Positions 57,407 through 64,000 of a stretch of 64,000 bases of DNA are shown piece after piece; the first letter of the stretch is position 1, and each line of letters starts with the position of its first letter. The DNA is taken from the NCBI GenBank assembly GCA_963809485.1, contig CAWEJX010000001.1:128001-192000 (forward strand). Reading direction: 5' to 3'. A program made the position numbers and the translations under genes. The notes below the pieces were generated by a model. The model saw only the letters and a program-made list of their open reading frames with translations. It searched no databases and had not been told where the DNA came from. Origin of the DNA: an uncultured Acidobacteriota bacterium. Lineage in GTDB: Bacteria > Acidobacteriota > UBA6911.

Positions 57407-57504
57407 ATTAAGATCTCCGATGCAATGGGATTCATTGATCCCGGCAAATTAGGCAAATGCAAGCCGGGACCGGCGCAGAAAAAATGCTGTCCCGACAATT
57501 GTCT

Positions 57505-60270
57505 CTACAGTTCAATTTCAGCCCTGATGATCCCGTCCTCCTCCAGGTTGAGCCGGCGGAAGCCGAGCCTGTCTATTATTCTCAGCATATCCCGGTTCTC
57601 TGGCAAGATATCGCCATATATCCGGCTCAGCTTTTCGTCGCGGCCGATTTCTACCAGGCGTCTTAAAAGCTCGAGCCCCAGTCCGCGACGATGCCAATTA
57701 TCGCTCACAAGAATCGCGAATTCTGCTTCTTTGGTGCCATGCAGCCTGTTCATACGGCCGACGGCAAGTATCTCCTGGTCTCCGCTTTCAGGAATGGTCC
57801 GCGAAACAACCAGTGCCATTTCGCGCGCGTAGTCGATAAAACACATTCGCGTTAGGCGTTCATGGGCGATGCGCTGGGGCAAACGCATGGCATGGAAATA
57901 GCGAAAGTAGACGCTGCGCTCTGAAAGCGTTTCGTGAAACTTGACCATGAGCGGTTCATCCTCCGGCCTGATTGGCCGGATTGTCACCGGTGTCCCGTCG
58001 GGCATCTTCCATGGATGGACATACTGGGTAGGATAGGGCCGAATGGCAAGTTCGGGGATGGATTCTGCCCTGACATCTGCCCCGTGCAGAACCACGCGCG
58101 CATCCAGGGCCATAATCCGTCCCGATGAGGCCAGCAAAGGATTGATGTCGATTTCTTTTATCCACCGTTGCTCGACCACGAGAAGGCTGAAATGGACCAG
58201 GAGCTGCTCCATGGCCCTCAGGTCGATATTCGAGCGTGAGTCCCTGAGGGCCGAGTAAATGCGCGTCTGTTCCATGACTCGACGGGCGAGCGTCATGTTC
58301 AGGGGCGGCAGGGCCAGCGCGTGGTCCTCGAAATAATCGAGCAGCCGGCCGCCGGCGCCGAAAAGTAATACCGGGCCGAACTGCGGGTCGACACTGCTGC
58401 CGAGGATGATTTCATAGCCGTCATGCTTGACCATCGGCTGAACGGTGACGCCCTGGAAATGCTCGGGGCCGAAATTCTCCCGGACCGCTGATCGTATTTT
58501 GCGATAAGCAATGCGGACCGCCACCGAATCCGGAAGGCTAAGGTAGACTCCTCCCGCATCGGATTTGTGCGCGATGGTGTGGGATAGCAGCTTCAGTACC
58601 ACCGGATACCCAATGGAGTCTGCAGCCTGAGCGGCCTGGTCTTCATTCAACGCCAACCGGGTTTCGACTGTCGGGATGCCGTATGCATTCAAAACCTTTT
58701 TGGATTCGAATTCATTGAGGAGCGTGCTGCCCGATCTGCGGGCATCGCGGATCATTTCTTCGGCCAATGCGCAATCTCTAACGGGATCCAGAGACTGGGG
58801 CAATATGGGAGTTTCGTATAGGCCGCGCAAGTTATAGGTATAGCGCCACATATAGTTAAACGCGCGCACGGCCGTGTCGGGATACGGGAAGGTTGGAATG
58901 TTGTTGCGGTTCAAGATGGTCTCGCCCGTCGCCACATCAGTCCCTCCCATCCAGCTGGCAAGGATCGGCTTGCCGTCGAGTCTTGCCAGCGGCCTCAGCT
59001 GTTCCGCGGTTCGCGTCGGATCCGTGTTGGCCTGAGGCGTCAGAATGACCAGAACACCGTCGTTGTTCGGATCCTTTGCGGCGATTTCAACGGCGCTGAA
59101 ATAACGCTCCGGCGAAGCGTCGCCCAAAATGTCAATAGGGTTGTTGTGGCTCCAGTGCCAGGGCAGCAGGTGATTGAGCGCGTTCATGGATTCCTGGGAC
59201 AGTTCCGCCAGTTCGCCGCCGCTGCCGATCAGTGCGTCCGTTGCAAGCACTCCCAATCCACCGGCGTTCGTCACAATTGCAAGGCGGGGGCCCTTGGGCC
59301 TGGGCTGCCTGGCAAGCACCTCGGCCATATCAAACAGTTCGGAAATATTGTTCACACGCAGCACGCCGCCACGCCTGAACGCCGCATCCAGGACATCATC
59401 CGATCCCGTCAGAGAACCCGTGTGTGAAGTGGCAGCCCTGACCGCAGCCTCCGTCCGGCCCGCTTTGATGACAATGATGGGCTTGGTAAGCGCAACTTCC
59501 CGGGCGGCAGACAAGAAAGACTGCGCATCCCCGACAGACTCCATGTAGATTACGATGCTGCGCGTCCTCTGATCATCGCCCAGGTAGTCTATGAGGTCCC
59601 CCCAGCCGACGTCCGCCATCGAGCCAATGGAAATAAAGCAACTGAAACCCACCATTTCCCGAAGGCTCCAGTCAAGGACCGCAGTGCACAGCGCGCCGCT
59701 CTGGCTGATGAAGGCTACATTGCCCGGCCGGGCCATGCCGACGGCAAAAGTGGCATTCAGACCGGTCAAAGGACTCATGACTCCGAGGCAATTGGGACCG
59801 ATGATACGGAGTGAGCCGCGCCGGGCGTTTTTGAGAATCTCATTCTCGAGTTGGAGACCGGCATGACCGATTTCCTTGAATCCGGCGGACAGGATAATGG
59901 CGCCTCGTACTCCTGCATCGGAGCATTCAGAGATGAGGTCCGGAACGGTATCAGGGGGCGTTGCCAGCACGGCCAGATCCACTTTTTCCGGTACGGATGC
60001 AATACTGGGATAGGCCTTGATCCCGAGAACGCTTGTCCGTTCAGGGTTTACGGGAAATACCGTCCCTCCGAAGGGATTGGTAACCAGATTCCAAAGCACG
60101 GTTCGCCCCATGCTGCCCGCGATCTCATTCGCTCCCAGGACGGCAACTGTTCGGGGAGAGAAAAATACGCTCAGAGGCTGCTTAGCCCACCGGAGTATAT
60201 TGCTTGCCGAATCAATCCGGGGAAGCCCGGTTTGTGCCGTTCCGGATCCGGCGTCGCTATCTGCAAACAT
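57505..60270 (-). CDS. Bifunctional acyl-CoA ligase-like/GNAT acetyltransferase (Pat/PatZ type)
   Basis: CoA-binding domain, [24 protein letters not shown]-grasp [15 protein letters not shown]-terminal GNAT. Confidence 0.92.
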   Translation of the reverse strand: MFADSDAGSGTAQTGLPRIDSASNILRWAKQPLSVFFSPRTVAVLGANEIAGSMGRTVLWNLVTNPFGGTVFPVNPERTSVLGIKAYPSIASVPEKVDLAVLATPPDTVPDLISECSDAGVRGAIILSAGFKEIGHAGLQLENEILKNARRGSLRIIGPNCLGVMSPLTGLNATFAVGMARPGNVAFISQSGALCTAVLDWSLREMVGFSCFISIGSMADVGWGDLIDYLGDDQRTRSIVIYMESVGDAQSFLSAAREVALTKPIIVIKAGRTEAAVRAATSHTGSLTGSDDVLDAAFRRGGVLRVNNISELFDMAEVLARQPRPKGPRLAIVTNAGGLGVLATDALIGSGGELAELSQESMNALNHLLPWHWSHNNPIDILGDASPERYFSAVEIAAKDPNNDGVLVILTPQANTDPTRTAEQLRPLARLDGKPILASWMGGTDVATGETILNRNNIPTFPYPDTAVRAFNYMWRYTYNLRGLYETPILPQSLDPVRDCALAEEMIRDARRSGSTLLNEFESKKVLNAYGIPTVETRLALNEDQAAQAADSIGYPVVLKLLSHTIAHKSDAGGVYLSLPDSVAVRIAYRKIRSAVRENFGPEHFQGVTVQPMVKHDGYEIILGSSVDPQFGPVLLFGAGGRLLDYFEDHALALPPLNMTLARRVMEQTRIYSALRDSRSNIDLRAMEQLLVHFSLLVVEQRWIKEIDINPLLASSGRIMALDARVVLHGADVRAESIPELAIRPYPTQYVHPWKMPDGTPVTIRPIRPEDEPLMVKFHETLSERSVYFRYFHAMRLPQRIAHERLTRMCFIDYAREMALVVSRTIPESGDQEILAVGRMNRLHGTKEAEFAILVSDNWHRRGLGLELLRRLVEIGRDEKLSRIYGDILPENRDMLRIIDRLGFRRLNLEEDGIIRAEIEL

Positions 60271-60916
60271 ATATCGATCCCGGTGAATTTCGTTGGAGTG
60301 CCCTTGGGATAAGGCCCTGATCCTATCCCAACCATTACCTGTTTCGGCAAGATATTACCAGCCGCGCGTCTCCGGATCCACAACTGAAAAGTGAAGGACC
60401 CCGGAGTCGAACGGCTTGCCTCTGAAGCAGCTCACTTGAAACAAATTCAAAGAGAATAAAATATTGAGAAACTGACGGGGTCCGGTTCATCCAAACCATA
60501 GATCGATCTCATGCCTGGACCAGGGAGCCAGCGGAGGAATCACCTATGTTAAACCATAAAAGCACCCTATTAACAACGCTCAGCGGATCCCGGCGCCAGG
60601 GTCCTCCCGGCCCTATTCCCAAAGCCCCGATTGGCGTAGCCGGCGACCCTGGCCTTTTTAGGAATGATCGAATTCATAATACGGCCTGTGCTTCAGTGAT
60701 ATGGCGTATATGGCTTCTGCCTGCCAGATCTCGTGCCATTTGCCCGCGTTCTCCAGCGCATGGACGGGTGCAAACCGGTCCTATCCAGCCGTGCCCTCTG
60801 TTGAATCCCGAAAGCCGCTCTGCCGGGCTGAAACCGATGGATTGAGGCGGCCATCGCTACCGGCTTTTAGCATTTATCGGTTGATTCTGCAATCCACCTC
60901 GGTAAGAATACCGCCC

Positions 60917-63802
60917 ATGGATGCTGCAATTATAAGTCGAATCGTTCAGGAGACTTTTATACCCGAGAGCTCTGTCGCGGCTACTGTCGCGCTTTTCGAG
61001 AAGGGAGCAACAGGGCCCTTTATTGTCCATTACCGCAAGGAAGCCACGGGCGGCCTGGACGAGGCCAAGGTCCGCTCCATTCAGGAACGAATGGCGCACT
61101 ACCGCGAGGTGTGGGACCAACGTGTGTCGCTTCTGAAGTTTCTATCCGATCAGGGAAAATTGACGGATGAGCTGCGGGCAAAAATTGAAAGCCATTTCAC
61201 CAAAGTTGAGCTGGATGATCTCCACCATCAGTTCCGTCCCAGGAAGAAGACGCGGGCAACCGAAGCCATTGAAAGAGGCCTGGAGCCCCTGGCTGAATAC
61301 TTCTGGAACCAGGAACCGGACGCCTGGAGCGTCGAGGAGCATATCGATGTTTTCGTGGATCCCGCCAAAGGCATTTCCACGCGAGAGCAGGCGCTGCAGG
61401 GTGTAGTGGATATCCTTGCGGAGTGGATCTGGGAAAACGCCGACTATCGCCGGACTCTCCGCGAGCTTTTATGGAATGAGGGATTCGTTGTCTCGACGGT
61501 CGTACCCGCGAAGATAGGTCAAAAAACCAAATACAACATGTACTATGAACGGCGCGAATCCGTTACCACAATTCCATCGCATCGCGTTCTGGCCATACGG
61601 CGCGGATGCAAGGAAGGAATTCTTGTCTCATCCATAGAGTGCGACAACTCCAAGGCGACGGAATGCATTCTCGCTCCGGTCATCAAAGATAGGGAGTCGT
61701 TTTTTGCGCCGGTTCTCGAGGCTGCGGTGAGGGAAAGCTATAACCGGATCCTGCGCCCGCTGATCGAAACCGAGGTACGGACGCAATTGAAGGAGAGAGC
61801 GGACCGCGAAGCTATCCGCGTATTTCAGGAAAACCTGGCCAACCTTCTGCTTGCGCCGCCGGCCGGTCCCATTGTCGTCATGGGAGTAGACTGGGGAAAG
61901 GGCGACGAGTGCAGCGTCGCGGTAATCAACGAGGCGGGCCTATTCATCGAGGGCGCAAAGATACGGCTGACTCCGGCTCCTGTGTTCCCCAAAGCCCGGC
62001 CGGAACCGGTCTCCCCTCCCCAGGAACCCGAACCGCAATCCCAGGTTCCTGATCTGAAGCCGGCCGAGGAACGGATAGAGACGGCGCCGGAAACAACGGT
62101 GCCGCTGGAATCTCCGGAAGATCCTCCACCGCAGGAAATGGTTGCAGCCGAGGCAATGCCGCCGGACGCGCCCCTCCCCTCGGAAACGGATGAAGGGGAA
62201 TCCGGCCAGCCGGCGGCGGAGAATCATGCCGAAGCCGCCTCTGTTGTTGAGCCCTCAGCCATACAGGATTGCGCAGCCGCCGCCGAGGCTTCACCTGCGG
62301 AAATTTCACCCGCAGCTTCGCCCGACGTCTCAACCGAGCCGGAGAGGTTGCCCCAATCCGAGCCCGATATGAGCGACACCGATGCCAGCCCCCCCCTTGA
62401 GGAGGCGCGCAGCGTCCTTCGCGGCCTTCTGGCCAAATATCACGTCCGCGCAATCTCGATCGGCGCCGGTACCGGTGCGCGCGAGTTGGAGACTGCGCTG
62501 CGGGAAATTGTTTCCGAGGAGGGTTTCCACGACATTCTGGTCGCTGCCGTCAATGATGCCGGGATCGCAATTTACTCCTCTTCCCGTATCGCCCGCGAGG
62601 AGTTTCCCGATTGGAACGCATCGGCCCGATGCGCCGTAAGCCTGGCACGAAGGCTGCAGGATCCCCTGGCCGAGCTTGTAAAAATCGACCCGAAACTGAT
62701 TGGCGTCGGACAGTATCAACACGACGTGGATCAGAAGGAACTCCACCGAGGGCTTTTGCAGACGGTACAGTACTGCGTCAACAAGGTGGGAGTGAACGTC
62801 AACACTGCGGGAGAGAGCCTGCTGCGCTACGTCTCGGGCCTGAACGAGAAGCTTTCACGCCGGCTTGTCGCCTGCAGGAATGCACAAGGCCCGTTCCGTT
62901 CCCGATCTTCAATTCAATCAGCGACGGGAATGGATGCATCGACGTACGAGCAGTCCGCAGGCTTTTTGCGCATTGCGGACGGTGAAAACGCGCTCGACCG
63001 GACGGCAGTCCATCCTGAGTCCTATCCGATGGTCGAGAAAATGGCGGCTGCCCTGAATGTCGGGATCACCGATCTGATAGGAAACAGAGAGCTCATATCG
63101 TCTTTGAGACTTGAGGATTTTGTCACCGAGGCGGCGGGTATTCCAACTCTGAATGATATTCGTGAGGAGATTCTGCGTCCCGGACGGGATCCCAGAAAAA
63201 CTTTCAAAATACCCAAATTCCGTGCCGATGTAAAAGAGATGTCCGATCTGAAACCGGGCATGACCCTGGAAGGCACGGTTACCAACGTGACCAATTTCGG
63301 CGCATTTGTGGATGTCGGCGTGCGCCAGGATGGACTGGTTCATCTCAGTCAGATGTCGAATCGATTCATCCGCGATCCAAGGGAAGCCGTAAAGGTCGGG
63401 GATGTCGTGCAGGTAAAAGTGATATCTGTCGAGCCGGAGACCAAGAGAATCGGGCTATCCATGAAGGCTCTGTTACCTGCAGCGCAGAGGCGGCGGAAAA
63501 AACAACAGAAGCGAAGCCCAAAACCTGTTGAGTCGGCCGGACAAACCGAAGGCATGGCTGATTCGCAGCCCGCCGATGCCGCTTCCGTGTCAGCCTCCGT
63601 CGGAAAATCCGCATCCGCTGGTCAGCGCCCGAGATCCGGCAAACCTCACGATGGACCTCCCCGGCGTCGCAGGCGAGCAATCCGCCGGCGTGAAATAGCG
63701 GAGGAAACGCAGCAACCGAAAGAATCGGAGCCCAAGTTGCCCGAACCCACCCTTCAGGAGAAAATAGCAATCCTGCAGTCCAAGTTTCGAGGAATCAGTT
63801 AA
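60917..63802 (+). CDS. tex: Tex-family RNA-binding protein with a large acidic insertion
   Basis: YRKEATGGLDE, PSHRVLA, RRLQDPLAELVKIDP..GVGQYQHD, S1 domain GTVTNVTNFGAFVDVG. Confidence 0.92.
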   Translation: MDAAIISRIVQETFIPESSVAATVALFEKGATGPFIVHYRKEATGGLDEAKVRSIQERMAHYREVWDQRVSLLKFLSDQGKLTDELRAKIESHFTKVELDDLHHQFRPRKKTRATEAIERGLEPLAEYFWNQEPDAWSVEEHIDVFVDPAKGISTREQALQGVVDILAEWIWENADYRRTLRELLWNEGFVVSTVVPAKIGQKTKYNMYYERRESVTTIPSHRVLAIRRGCKEGILVSSIECDNSKATECILAPVIKDRESFFAPVLEAAVRESYNRILRPLIETEVRTQLKERADREAIRVFQENLANLLLAPPAGPIVVMGVDWGKGDECSVAVINEAGLFIEGAKIRLTPAPVFPKARPEPVSPPQEPEPQSQVPDLKPAEERIETAPETTVPLESPEDPPPQEMVAAEAMPPDAPLPSETDEGESGQPAAENHAEAASVVEPSAIQDCAAAAEASPAEISPAASPDVSTEPERLPQSEPDMSDTDASPPLEEARSVLRGLLAKYHVRAISIGAGTGARELETALREIVSEEGFHDILVAAVNDAGIAIYSSSRIAREEFPDWNASARCAVSLARRLQDPLAELVKIDPKLIGVGQYQHDVDQKELHRGLLQTVQYCVNKVGVNVNTAGESLLRYVSGLNEKLSRRLVACRNAQGPFRSRSSIQSATGMDASTYEQSAGFLRIADGENALDRTAVHPESYPMVEKMAAALNVGITDLIGNRELISSLRLEDFVTEAAGIPTLNDIREEILRPGRDPRKTFKIPKFRADVKEMSDLKPGMTLEGTVTNVTNFGAFVDVGVRQDGLVHLSQMSNRFIRDPREAVKVGDVVQVKVISVEPETKRIGLSMKALLPAAQRRRKKQQKRSPKPVESAGQTEGMADSQPADAASVSASVGKSASAGQRPRSGKPHDGPPRRRRRAIRRREIAEETQQPKESEPKLPEPTLQEKIAILQSKFRGIS

Positions 63803-63849
63803 GACGGACGCGCGGTGGCAGCAGCTCTTTTTAGTCCTCCGGATATACC

Positions 63850-64000
63850 ATGCAGGCAATCCACAGCAAAAACCTTTCGACGAATTTTCGCCATACCTCG
63901 ATCATTGAGACGGACGAATCGAGAACCCCTATCGAGCACCTGGTGGAGTTTCTTCTGACCGGGAGCCTGGCACCCAATGCCCCCGAAGAGACAGAGGAAT
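63850..64000 (+). CDS. Hypothetical protein, truncated by the window end
   Basis: ATG after GGA; frame stays open to the window end. Confidence 0.35.
   Translation, partial: MQAIHSKNLSTNFRHTSIIETDESRTPIEHLVEFLLTGSLAPNAPEETEE

Noticed and set aside
60390-60490. Possible structured RNA (gaaggaccccg...cggggtcc) between pat and tex
   Set aside because: Only one short stem, with no match to a riboswitch consensus I can recognise.

Overview
This is a GC-rich bacterial chromosome segment. Gene order and protein families suggest Acidobacteriota (inference). It probably comes from a long-read assembly, since single-base indels split bamA, gap and fba, and many more split the efflux operon. Most of it is housekeeping: a TonB receptor, a TetR-MFP-RND/OMF efflux operon, pgsA-like/DUF512, ribH-nusB-lysS-lolE-lolD, clpC-bamA-skp-fabZ-lpxA-lpxI-gnnA-like, TonB-like, SpoIID, miaA, gatB, rnr, selA, csp, purH, rlmD, comEC, DHOD-like, Pat-type ligase/GNAT and tex. 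Four things stand out. (1) An AcrB-type RND permease is fused in frame to a TolC-type outer-membrane factor through an internal signal-peptide-like linker, a candidate processed polyprotein. (2) Two families of non-autonomous IS200-type hairpin-ended elements are present, one in three copies that form a nested series with an inverted central loop. (3) Stop-codon-bearing 7-mer/8-mer tandem repeats sit at many gene 3' ends, rewrite C-termini and host those elements. (4) An accessory region (about 38.4-46 kb) holds gap-fba-pfk (kinetoplastid/spirochaete-type GAPDH and PFK) bracketed by eno and glgP C-terminal remnants, followed by an IS91 fragment and other relics. No rRNA, tRNA or CRISPR array was recognised.
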